Assembly (NCBI GenBank): GCA_029780855.1
Contig: JAKOXV010000024.1
Coordinates: 43,275 to 107,274, forward strand
From: a bacterium
GTDB taxonomy: Bacteria > Patescibacteriota > Saccharimonadia > Saccharimonadales > JAUPVS01
Direction of reading: 5' to 3'
DNA: 64,000 bases
In this document: positions 28,067 through 36,847 of the stretch, one piece after another
How the letters are laid out: the number at the start of each line of letters is the position of its first letter
Position numbering within the stretch: the stretch's first letter is position 1
Position numbers and translations under genes: made by a program
Notes under the pieces: model-generated
What the model was told of the DNA's origin: nothing
The model's input: only the letters and a program-made list of their open reading frames with translations
Databases searched by the model: none

Positions 28067-28550
28067 CACGTCAAGCAATTGAAGTACCTACTTATTCGTA
28101 ATGATCTAGCAGAGGCACGATGAGGCTATCAACGCCACGTTGGTGTAAACCAGCACAATCGTCGCGTCTCGCATTCCGTGGGAAAAGGAGTGATCCCCAT
28201 TCGGGTAGATCGCCGCTTTCAGCTCAGGCTGTCAGTCCAAGTAGCGAAGCCCTTCAAAAGGCTGCCGCCACCACGGAATGTTCTCCTGCTCGAGTAGGTT
28301 AATGGAGTTGCCCGCTCCAAGCCGACTCGCAGGAACGCGTAGACGACCCATGCTGTCGTCCGCGCTTAGGATGTCCTGGCTCGCGCCAAGTACGCTACCC
28401 GCCAGCCGAAAGGCCGAGCCAGGGCATCCACCACACACTTCAAATTACGACGCGCGAGTTCAGTGCAAGAGAAACTGGTAGTAGCACCAAGGCTTACCCC
28501 TATGGTAGCTCCCAACACTCTTCCACATCTACGAACTCGCTTTTTTCTTT
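28067..28550 (+). ncRNA. Unassigned structured RNA (cassette D)
   Basis: Helices 28172-81/28271-80, 28369-83/28415-29 (G-U on plus strand), 28454-61/28533-40 followed by a U tract; no convincing long ORF. Confidence 0.5.
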
Positions 28551-28782
28551 ATAGAGGGTATCCTTTGGTTTATCCCCAACTTGCTATCTGTTAAGAGATA
28601 TTTTGTTGTAATGTTGTTATGCTTTATGTGAGCACATAAGTCTATTTCGTGATAAAATAAGTTCATAAAACACTAAGTTTGACTTTTAAAAATTAAAGTT
28701 ATATAATTATACTATTACAGCAGGGAGGGGTAGGGCGTTACCCCTGTTATTACAGAGTATAAGAAAAGGAATAATCATAAAG

Positions 28783-29814
28783 ATGGCAGAGCAGTCCACC
28801 AAAAAAATCGATATTGAAGCCGTTGTTCAAGACGTCCTTGGCGTTATCGAACGGGAACGAGAGCGAGAAATTGTTTCGCGCCGTTTTGGATTGTTTGACC
28901 GCAAAGAAACGTTAGAGCAAATAGGGGAGCTGCTTGGTATAACCCGTGAACGTGTTCGTCAGCTCGAAAAGGCCGTAGTCACTCGTCTCAAGTCTGCTTC
29001 AAAAGATCTGCCACACATGACTGAAATCGAAAATGCCTTTGTAGCCGAACTTGAAGGCATGGGCAATGCCGCTCGGATTAGTGATCTCAGCGCTAAACTT
29101 ACTGAAAAAAACGAACGTACCGACCAAGCCCGCGTTTCATTCTTAGCCGAACTATCCCCTAAACTGGCGGTAATTGATGAGAACGATCATTTCTACCACG
29201 CAGTTGGAATAGCAAAACTACACAACGAAAAACAGATGAAGGATCGCGTTGCTAAAATAATTGACGCCATAAAGACTATTGGAGAACCTACTGGCATTGA
29301 TGCAGTTGCCACGGCCGTTAAAGATAGCGATAAAAGTCATGTAGAAGCACTTGCTAGCACCAGCAAGGCACTCGCAAGTCTGCACGGTCGCTGGGGACTA
29401 GTGAAGTGGCCTATGGTCAACCCTAAAAATATTCGGGACAAAATTTATGTTATTTTGTTTGAAAAGGGCAAACCGATGCACTTCAACGAAATCGCTGGAG
29501 AAATCAAGAAATCAAGCTTTAAGCGCAAGGATGTGACCACCCAGGCAATCCATAACGAACTCATCAAAGATAGCCGTTTCGTACTCATCGGCCGCGGTAT
29601 TTATGCGTTGAAAGAGTGGGGATACAGCAAGGGAACCGTAGCCGATATCATCACCGATGTACTTAAGAAGGCCGGTGAACCCCTGCACCGAGACGAAATC
29701 GTCAAACGCGTCCTCAAAAGTCGCCAGGTAAAAGAAACCACCATTCTGCTTAATCTACAGGGTAAGAGCCAGTTCAAGCGCGTTGCCAAAGCTACCTACA
29801 CGCTCGCAAACTAA
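28783..29814 (+). CDS. Sigma70 region-4 plus winged-HTH (HARE-HTH/RNAP delta-like) protein
   Basis: RRFGL...TLEQIGELLGITRERVRQLE; C-terminal PMHF.EI, HNELIKD.RFVLIGRGIYAL.EW. Confidence 0.85.
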   Translation: MAEQSTKKIDIEAVVQDVLGVIEREREREIVSRRFGLFDRKETLEQIGELLGITRERVRQLEKAVVTRLKSASKDLPHMTEIENAFVAELEGMGNAARISDLSAKLTEKNERTDQARVSFLAELSPKLAVIDENDHFYHAVGIAKLHNEKQMKDRVAKIIDAIKTIGEPTGIDAVATAVKDSDKSHVEALASTSKALASLHGRWGLVKWPMVNPKNIRDKIYVILFEKGKPMHFNEIAGEIKKSSFKRKDVTTQAIHNELIKDSRFVLIGRGIYALKEWGYSKGTVADIITDVLKKAGEPLHRDEIVKRVLKSRQVKETTILLNLQGKSQFKRVAKATYTLAN

Positions 29815-29825
29815 AAAGCATCACC

Positions 29826-30449
29826 ATGACTACAGTGACCTCCACAGAAGTGCCAGAGCTTTCTCTGGAGAACTTTGTAAATACCTTTCCGCCTTCAGAT
29901 GTTCCAGAGCGGTTGGCTAAAACTACCGCCCAGACGTTTACGCGGCTTGTACGGCCGTATTTCATTAATCAAGAAAGAATGCAGGTCAACCATCCGTTCA
30001 CGTGTCTTGACGACATGTTTGAGCGAACTAATAGGGAGCTTGAGATTGCTGCATCGTTTCTCGGCACCCTCGTCATACCCCATTGTTTTGGAATCGTTAG
30101 AGCTGCAGATGCTTTGGAAGCAGCAGAAAATGTTGGTCACCGTGAAGATATCAAAACCCAGGTAAGACTAAACCGATACTTTGCCGATATTATTCCTCGT
30201 GGCTATGTCGTGGCCGCCGAGGTTCCGGTTATTGATCGATTGCGACCGTTTGATGACCTCACTGATGTGTGCGACGAGCTCGGAGCATTTCAGGTATACC
30301 GTGATCACCAAGAAAAAGAGCAGGGATACTACCTATATGATGTTTGGAATGAAACACAGTTCGTAACTGGCTCAATACGGGGACAAGCGTCTGAGGGGCC
30401 TGAAGAATTCCTTGTTGATATTGAACCTATGTACATGACCGCAAATTGA
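29826..30449 (+). CDS. Hypothetical protein
   Basis: 207-aa ORF, co-oriented, no motif recognised. Confidence 0.55.
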   Translation: MTTVTSTEVPELSLENFVNTFPPSDVPERLAKTTAQTFTRLVRPYFINQERMQVNHPFTCLDDMFERTNRELEIAASFLGTLVIPHCFGIVRAADALEAAENVGHREDIKTQVRLNRYFADIIPRGYVVAAEVPVIDRLRPFDDLTDVCDELGAFQVYRDHQEKEQGYYLYDVWNETQFVTGSIRGQASEGPEEFLVDIEPMYMTAN

Positions 30450-30639
30450 ACATTTTGCGAACATTCGCTATAGAGACGTAGCAGTACAGAATACTGGTTG
30501 TTGTGTAGTCATCGCAAAACATAGCAACGAGAGCGGGGAGTAACAAAAATTTAAAATTCAAAAACTACAAAGTAGCATCCAAAACAAAAATAACACATAC
30601 AAAGGCATAAATAGAGCACTCACCCGAGCCTTAGACATA

Positions 30640-30667
30640 ACGTCGCACAATGTATATTTTGCGACTT
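30640..30667. other. dif-like Xer recombination site
   Basis: ACGTCGCACAA-TGTATA-TTTTGCGACTT; 11-6-11 layout with near-palindromic arms, at the gene-orientation switch. Confidence 0.65.
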
Positions 30668-31093
30668 ACATATATGGTTTTAGGATGATTAACTATACCT
30701 CTCCTAACAGGGGAGTTTTTAGCTTTACGCACATAAAACCGTAGTTTCACTATCGTGACTGTTATTCCGTGTGTAACTACGGATACTATAAATGGTTGCC
30801 CCTATAGTCTCCGTTGTGACATATGTCGCTTTATACAACACTCCAGACTTTTCCACATGTGCGTATTTGCAATATTTGCATTTTACTGTTTTCGATATTT
30901 TTATATATGTTTTTCCCCACCATGGCGGTTTTTGTATATATTTGACTTTCTCCCCTTTTGGTATGTTCGTATAGATTTTTGTGTTTTTCAGCAACATTAC
31001 GTAAACTGAACAAAATGCGAACTAATGGGGAGTAGAAGTAGGGGGAGTTCTCCATATCATCGACAAACCGTCTATCATTTCTCTAGGCATTAT

Positions 31094-31747
31094 TCACCAC
31101 CTTGTAGGCTCTACACTGCTTACTTCATTACGCTCGGTGCCAGCCAAAAGCCTCCCTACTACCCTACGTACCACCCGAATTTTTTCTGAAATATTACTAC
31201 CCTCAACTATTGTCCTGCTAGGATGGCCCGACCAGGCATCACGTACCGCCTCTTCTAAGATAGCTGCTTGTGCAAGTTCCTCGTAGCGATATGGATTGTT
31301 CTCTTTACCATACCTGTCGGGATCAGCAGTGGCGAGCGATTCTAAATGGATGACATGAGCATAGCGGGCATATTCATTACATAGATCAATGCCGTAACGT
31401 AGATGAAACTCATCGGCTCCTCCAGGTGTGTACGCAAGTGAGTCTGGTCGGCCGCGATCGGTCACCACAGCTAGTGCACCAATTCTCCTGGCATAGGAAG
31501 CACTCAGTTCCTCGTAATGAAGCTGTAGTTCCAGAACGGATGATTGAAAATGATAGTGCCATTCATCAGAATATTCCATATCTTTTCCTGGCTGCGGGAA
31601 ACCGCCTTCGAACAGTATGGTTGCCGCCTCCTTTGCAAAGGTGATAGCTGTTCCGTACTCTGATGCAATCGCCTGTAGTACGGTCGTCTTACCGGCACAG
31701 GGTCCGCCCGTGATAGCTATGATTGGGACTGATTCTTTACGTTCCAT
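31094..31747 (-). CDS. AAA_28/NadR-like P-loop kinase/ATPase
   Basis: AITGGPCAGKTT, EAAT, TDRG..D, NNPYRYE. Confidence 0.8.
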   Translation of the reverse strand: MERKESVPIIAITGGPCAGKTTVLQAIASEYGTAITFAKEAATILFEGGFPQPGKDMEYSDEWHYHFQSSVLELQLHYEELSASYARRIGALAVVTDRGRPDSLAYTPGGADEFHLRYGIDLCNEYARYAHVIHLESLATADPDRYGKENNPYRYEELAQAAILEEAVRDAWSGHPSRTIVEGSNISEKIRVVRRVVGRLLAGTERNEVSSVEPTRW

Positions 31748-31851
31748 ACGTAAGAAAGGATACACACTACACACCTGAGCAGCTAGTACAGAGGTGTTTA
31801 GTAAAATTGTTTTGACTAAAGACTTCTAATCATTGCCGCTATACTATAGCT

Positions 31852-32523
31852 ATGCACCGAATACAGAAGTTTATCCTGACCATGCTGATCACACACCCAC
31901 AGAGCAAGTACTCAGAACTTAAACCACGGCATATGGAAGGTAGTAAGTTCACCTACCATCTACAGAAAATGATCAACCAGCAGCTCGTACAAAAGAACCA
32001 GGACGGAACATACTCTTTAACTTCCAAGGGCAAGCTCTTCGCAGACCGTTTTGAGCTTGATACGCTTACCGTGCTGGAACAGCCCCGCATTGTTTGTTTA
32101 GTAGCCTGCTATGAACCAAGCAAGGGTTGGCTGCTATTCACCAGGAACCAACAGCCCACAATTCATATGGCAGGCTTTGCAAAAGTGGATGTAGAGTTTG
32201 GTAGCATGCTCCATGACCAGGTCAGCAGAGCTTTTACAGACCTGAGCGGCCTGGAAGTTGCACTGAACTATCGTGCCCATGGTTATGTAACGCAGAAAAC
32301 CCCTGATGGCGAGTTGGAAAGCCGCGTCATGATACACCTATACTATGGCGAGAATCCTTCTGGAGAACTCCGATTACAGACAGATAGCGGAACGTTCGGG
32401 TGGTATTTGGATGATGAACTTACAAACATGCCAAACCTAATACCGAGCACCGTTCCACTTATGACAAAATTACAACAATCCCCCTCCCCCTTCTTTTTTG
32501 AAGAAACGTATCAGCTCGCCTAA
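31852..32523 (+). CDS. Winged-HTH plus Nudix-like fold regulator
   Basis: FTYHLQKM...YSLTSKG HTH followed by a degenerate Nudix-like region. Confidence 0.65.
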   Translation: MHRIQKFILTMLITHPQSKYSELKPRHMEGSKFTYHLQKMINQQLVQKNQDGTYSLTSKGKLFADRFELDTLTVLEQPRIVCLVACYEPSKGWLLFTRNQQPTIHMAGFAKVDVEFGSMLHDQVSRAFTDLSGLEVALNYRAHGYVTQKTPDGELESRVMIHLYYGENPSGELRLQTDSGTFGWYLDDELTNMPNLIPSTVPLMTKLQQSPSPFFFEETYQLA

Positions 32524-33465
32524 CTATTTGTAATAGACCCGCCCCTCTATCCGTACGTCAATGTACTGAGAAGGCGTTATGTTTTGTTTCTGTAAGGTCT
32601 CATTAACCGCTAGATAGTCCCCTGCCGCAATCCGGGGATCAGTATCCACATTAAATTTTATAACGTAGGGTTTATTGCTTACCCTGACTTCCATTTCTTT
32701 TGCAGCCACCGGTAACCGGATGGATTGCACACTAATATCTTTAGATTTTAATTGAGCGATAACTTGGGTAATAAAGTCCATTTCACTAGCAGGCAAAACA
32801 CCCTGCCCTACCTTTGCCTGCAACCCGCTTTCGTCATTTACTACCAGCAAACTCATCCGGGTAGACTTGGCGAGGTCGGCAGCATTCATTATTGCTTTCC
32901 CGCGCGAATCAATTACATAATTTCTGTTACCAACCGATAAAATTATCTGTGGCTGAGCGGTATCTATGGAGATGACTGGGCGACGGCTTACGAGCGGAAG
33001 ATTGAGTGACGCATCAGCAACTTCGGGAAATTTTTCTAGAAACTGTGCATAAAATGCATCTGTATTTATGGTAAGTTTTGAGCGGTTAAAGATGGAGGAA
33101 TTAAGAATCTCTTCAGCTCCCTTTTGGTAGGCTTCTCGACTTCTCATGGGCGTAGCTTTGGCGTCTGGTGCGGATAGTAGAATCTTAGGATTCGTGTTTA
33201 ACCCCAAGCAATACAAGACACTTACCACCACTACCGTCAACGCAATCAATGACGGTAGATTTTTAAACCACTGGCGCTGCAGGATCGGAAGTTTCTCCCG
33301 CTGTGTTTTTCGTGATAACTGACCAGGATCACCTGATCGTTTTGCATAGTAAGAAAATGCCGGACTATTGCCAAGATCCCTGCCCGGCTGTCTTCTGGAA
33401 GAGTCTTTTTTACTTTTACTGCGCAAACTCACCGTCTTATTTTTCTCCTTGTTCGGCAACATCAA
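32524..33465 (-). CDS. ftsQ: FtsQ/DivIB-like cell division protein
   Basis: Basic N-terminus, TM, POTRA-like region, C-terminal YIDVR....VYYK; last gene of the dcw cluster. Confidence 0.75.
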   Translation of the reverse strand: MMLPNKEKNKTVSLRSKSKKDSSRRQPGRDLGNSPAFSYYAKRSGDPGQLSRKTQREKLPILQRQWFKNLPSLIALTVVVVSVLYCLGLNTNPKILLSAPDAKATPMRSREAYQKGAEEILNSSIFNRSKLTINTDAFYAQFLEKFPEVADASLNLPLVSRRPVISIDTAQPQIILSVGNRNYVIDSRGKAIMNAADLAKSTRMSLLVVNDESGLQAKVGQGVLPASEMDFITQVIAQLKSKDISVQSIRLPVAAKEMEVRVSNKPYVIKFNVDTDPRIAAGDYLAVNETLQKQNITPSQYIDVRIEGRVYYK

Positions 33466-34594
33466 CGAGCAAATCGGCTAACTTATCCGCCGCATCAGAA
33501 ATGGTAATTTGGTGCATTTTGGTGCCCAGTTCGCTTTGCAATTCAGTATTGTCGAGTAGTTCCCGTAGCGTCTCCAACAGAGCCACTGCGCCGTTTTGAT
33601 TCAGCTGCTCTTCGGTGACCACTTTAACGGCACCGGCTTTATCCAACACCTCAGCGTTTTTTAATTGGTGGCCACCGGTCAGTAACGGGTTTGGAACCAC
33701 GATGCAAGCCTTTTGCTGCACGCCCAGTTCAGCAAGCGTATTTGCACCTGCCCGCGTTACTACTACATCTGCCGCCCCTGTATAGAGGTACAGGCCTTCA
33801 AGAAATTCTTTTACCTGTAAATTACGGTGCTGATATCCTTCATACACCCCCAGATTTCCCCGACCAACCTGGTGTATGATGTGCAGTTTTGGATACTGCT
33901 CAAAAAGCGCAGGTACGATTTCGCGCATTGCAGTATTAAGCCTTTGGGCACCCAAACTGCCTCCTGTGACGGTGATAAGTTTACTGTCTTGCGGAATAGC
34001 TAGTTCATCACGGTACTGGGCTTTTAGCTCATTTGTGACCATGTGGTATTGATCCCCCACTAAGACGCCGACGTAGGTGGTTTTTTCGCTCGGATAGGCA
34101 TAAAACTCTGCCGGCATACCGGTGGCATGACGAACTGCCCACCTACTCACCATGCGGTTAGCCAAACCCGGTAACGCATCTGAATCGTGTGTAACAAAGG
34201 GCATGCGCCGCAGTGCAGCGGCTAATCCAACTGGCATGCCGACATACCCGCCCTTTAATAGAATTACATCTGGCTTAATCTTGCCAAGCAACCGGTAGCT
34301 CTCCCAGAACCCCAGCTTGATGCGAACGATATCCGCCAGGTTCAAAAAGATGGTCTTAAAATCGAAAATCCGCCGGATAAACGATTCGCCGTGATACCGA
34401 CGAAACTTGCCTGCATGTATAAAATACTGCTCATCAAACAGTTTAGTGTCTTTGGTGAGATCAGCAAACTGAGAGTTTTTCTCTCCGATATAGACAATCT
34501 GTATGTTTGCATGTGAACGCTTAAGCGCCTGGGCGACGGCTAACAGCGGTGTAATGTGGCCGCCCGTCCCGCCCCCGGTGAGCAGTACTTTCAT
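33437..34594 (-). CDS. murG: MurG glycosyltransferase
   Basis: TGGGTGGHITP, KGGYV, GGSLGA, RAGANT, HQ.KNA. Confidence 0.96.
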   Translation of the reverse strand: MKVLLTGGGTGGHITPLLAVAQALKRSHANIQIVYIGEKNSQFADLTKDTKLFDEQYFIHAGKFRRYHGESFIRRIFDFKTIFLNLADIVRIKLGFWESYRLLGKIKPDVILLKGGYVGMPVGLAAALRRMPFVTHDSDALPGLANRMVSRWAVRHATGMPAEFYAYPSEKTTYVGVLVGDQYHMVTNELKAQYRDELAIPQDSKLITVTGGSLGAQRLNTAMREIVPALFEQYPKLHIIHQVGRGNLGVYEGYQHRNLQVKEFLEGLYLYTGAADVVVTRAGANTLAELGVQQKACIVVPNPLLTGGHQLKNAEVLDKAGAVKVVTEEQLNQNGAVALLETLRELLDNTELQSELGTKMHQITISDAADKLADLLVDVAEQGEK

Positions 34595-35786
34595 ACCTGT
34601 TTCCTTCTGATTCTAGGTTTGATGGACTAAAGCTAGTATACCGTGAAATCTGGAAGATCATACCCAATGCCCCAGTCACAAACAGCAGACTGGTACCTCC
34701 ATAACTGATGAATGGCAATGTTATCCCCTTCAGCGGCAGTAATCCCACCATAGCTCCAATGTTGATTATAGCCTGGGTACTAAGCCAGGCTAAAATCCCT
34801 ACAACCAGCAATTGACTGTAGACATCTGGCGCCCTTTCGGCAATCTTAAATAACCGGGCAAAGAAGGCAGCAAATAAGCCGATCAATACCGTTACGCCGA
34901 TGAAACCAAACTTCTCAGCTAAGATAGCAAATATTGAGTCATTCTGCGCCTCAGGCAGATAGCCGTAGGCCTGTACGCTATTTCCAACTCCGAGTCCAAA
35001 CATTCCTCCCGATCCTACTGCTATCAGCGCCTGACACACCTGATAGCCGCTGTTTTGACAATCTTTTTCAGGGTGCAAGAATGTTGCCAAACGGTCACGC
35101 CGATAACTAGACCCGGCCACCAGTAGTACCGCTCCTATAGCCACTACTCCACCTACCATCACTACTCGTTTTAGTGGAACTCCGGCTACAAATGCCATAG
35201 CAGTCATAACGGCCACGATGACGCCAATCGAACCAAGGTCACTCTGTATCTTTCCTACGATAATACCGAGTACTACCAGCACTATTAGTAGTGGTTTGAT
35301 CGTTTCCGTTGTGTTGCCAAGTCCGCCCTGGGCCTTTCTTTCGGCAAAAAACTTAGCCAGCCATACGATAAGAGCAAACTTTAGAAGTTCAACCGACTGA
35401 AATGAAAAACTACCCAACCTCACCCACCGGTGGGCAGGATACTGCGGTATAACCGGCATAATTATAGCTACTACGGTGGCGATACCTGCTACCACGAGCA
35501 GTGGTTTGCTCCAATGCCGCCAGTATTTGTAGGGAATGTTGGCCATGACAATAAACCCTACAATTCCCAACACAATTGCTATCAATTGCTTATTTACATA
35601 GTAGTTATCACTAACATTCTTTTGGGCAGCCAAGCCCGGGCTGATCGAGTATATAACAATTAATCCGACGACAAGCAGCAGTATACTCAAAATTGGCAAC
35701 CAGTAATCCGGGCGATGTCGCCTACCCGTCCCGCCCTGTTCTAATACCGAAGCGCGTCTGCCCACGCTAGCGCTTCGGCCAATCAT
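34521..35786 (-). CDS. ftsW: SEDS peptidoglycan polymerase FtsW
   Basis: RW, Q.DLG, YLPEAQNDSIF, GITLPFISYGGTS. Confidence 0.95.
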   Translation of the reverse strand: MIGRSASVGRRASVLEQGGTGRRHRPDYWLPILSILLLVVGLIVIYSISPGLAAQKNVSDNYYVNKQLIAIVLGIVGFIVMANIPYKYWRHWSKPLLVVAGIATVVAIIMPVIPQYPAHRWVRLGSFSFQSVELLKFALIVWLAKFFAERKAQGGLGNTTETIKPLLIVLVVLGIIVGKIQSDLGSIGVIVAVMTAMAFVAGVPLKRVVMVGGVVAIGAVLLVAGSSYRRDRLATFLHPEKDCQNSGYQVCQALIAVGSGGMFGLGVGNSVQAYGYLPEAQNDSIFAILAEKFGFIGVTVLIGLFAAFFARLFKIAERAPDVYSQLLVVGILAWLSTQAIINIGAMVGLLPLKGITLPFISYGGTSLLFVTGALGMIFQISRYTSFSPSNLESEGNRYESTAHRGRDGRPHYTAVSRRPGA

Positions 35787-36823
35787 AGCCACCTACCTAC
35801 CAAGAATACGATTAAACCGAGCACTCCCACCACTTGTCCAATGACCCAAAAACGCATGGTTATTTTGGTCTCAGGCCAGCCACTAGCTTCAAAATGATGG
35901 TGGATTGGCGAGCTCTTAAAAATCTTCTTACCGTTCCGTAGCTTCTTTGAGGTAACCTGTAAAATAACCGAACCGGTTTCTGACAAAAATACGAATCCTA
36001 TCAATGGCAGAAGGACCACCGTGTCAGTTAGCATCGCTACTACTCCGAGCGCCGTACCAAGTGCAAATGAACCCACATCTCCCATGAAAAACCTCGCTGG
36101 AAAAATATTGAACCACGTATAACTCAGCAAGGCGCCAACGATACTCATACAGAAGCCGGCTACACCGTAACGGCCCTCAAGAAACGCAATAATGGCATAC
36201 ATCGCGAACGCTATGGAACACAGACCGCCAGCCAGGCCATCCAGACCATCAGTAATATTGACGGCGTTGGCAGTTGCGACTACTACCAATACAAACAGTG
36301 GCACAATCAACCATCCCAGGTGGAACGATCCGTATACGGGGATGTGAATACTGGCCACGTCTAGTTTGAAGTAAAAGAACAATCCGCCAACTAACGCTAC
36401 GATCGTGGTCAAGAGAAGTTTTAGTTTTGAAGGTAACCCGGCTACCCCCAGCCCAGAACCGCGAATGTTGATGATATCGTCTATCAAACCAACCAGCCCT
36501 GCTCCGGCAAAAGCCGCGATTGGCAGCCAAGTTTCGGTACGTTCCAGATTAAATAGAAGTGTCACAATCCCCACCGCTGCTACAAAAATCAGACCAGCCA
36601 TCGTGGGAATGTGACGTTTGTGTTTTTCAGCATGTAGCTTTTGAAATACTTTTGCCACTTCACCCGTCACAGAAGTACTTCGCTGTTTTTTCCACCACTG
36701 CCCCCGGTAAGCCAGGGTGGTATAGAGTGGCGTCAACACCATACTGACCATAAAGGCCAAGAATCCTAGCCCAAGTATTCTAACGACGGTTGCGGTTTGT
36801 ACGGTTACATTTAGTGTCGACAT
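35783..36823 (-). CDS. mraY: Phospho-N-acetylmuramoyl-pentapeptide transferase
   Basis: PTMAG, GLIDD, NAVNITDGLDGLA, FMGDVGS, PIHHHFE. Confidence 0.97.
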   Translation of the reverse strand: MSTLNVTVQTATVVRILGLGFLAFMVSMVLTPLYTTLAYRGQWWKKQRSTSVTGEVAKVFQKLHAEKHKRHIPTMAGLIFVAAVGIVTLLFNLERTETWLPIAAFAGAGLVGLIDDIINIRGSGLGVAGLPSKLKLLLTTIVALVGGLFFYFKLDVASIHIPVYGSFHLGWLIVPLFVLVVVATANAVNITDGLDGLAGGLCSIAFAMYAIIAFLEGRYGVAGFCMSIVGALLSYTWFNIFPARFFMGDVGSFALGTALGVVAMLTDTVVLLPLIGFVFLSETGSVILQVTSKKLRNGKKIFKSSPIHHHFEASGWPETKITMRFWVIGQVVGVLGLIVFLVGRWL

Positions 36824-36847
36824 AAAATATTCCTTTTATTATACCTG

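Noticed and set aside
28067..28550. RNase P, tmRNA or SRP identity for cassette D
   Set aside because: No GAGGAAAGUCC, no T-loop before TCCACCA and no G3-U70 pair, no SRP domain IV motif.
30725..31055. Short ORFs in the AT-rich gap
   Set aside because: Mutually overlapping, low-complexity, no RBS or motif.
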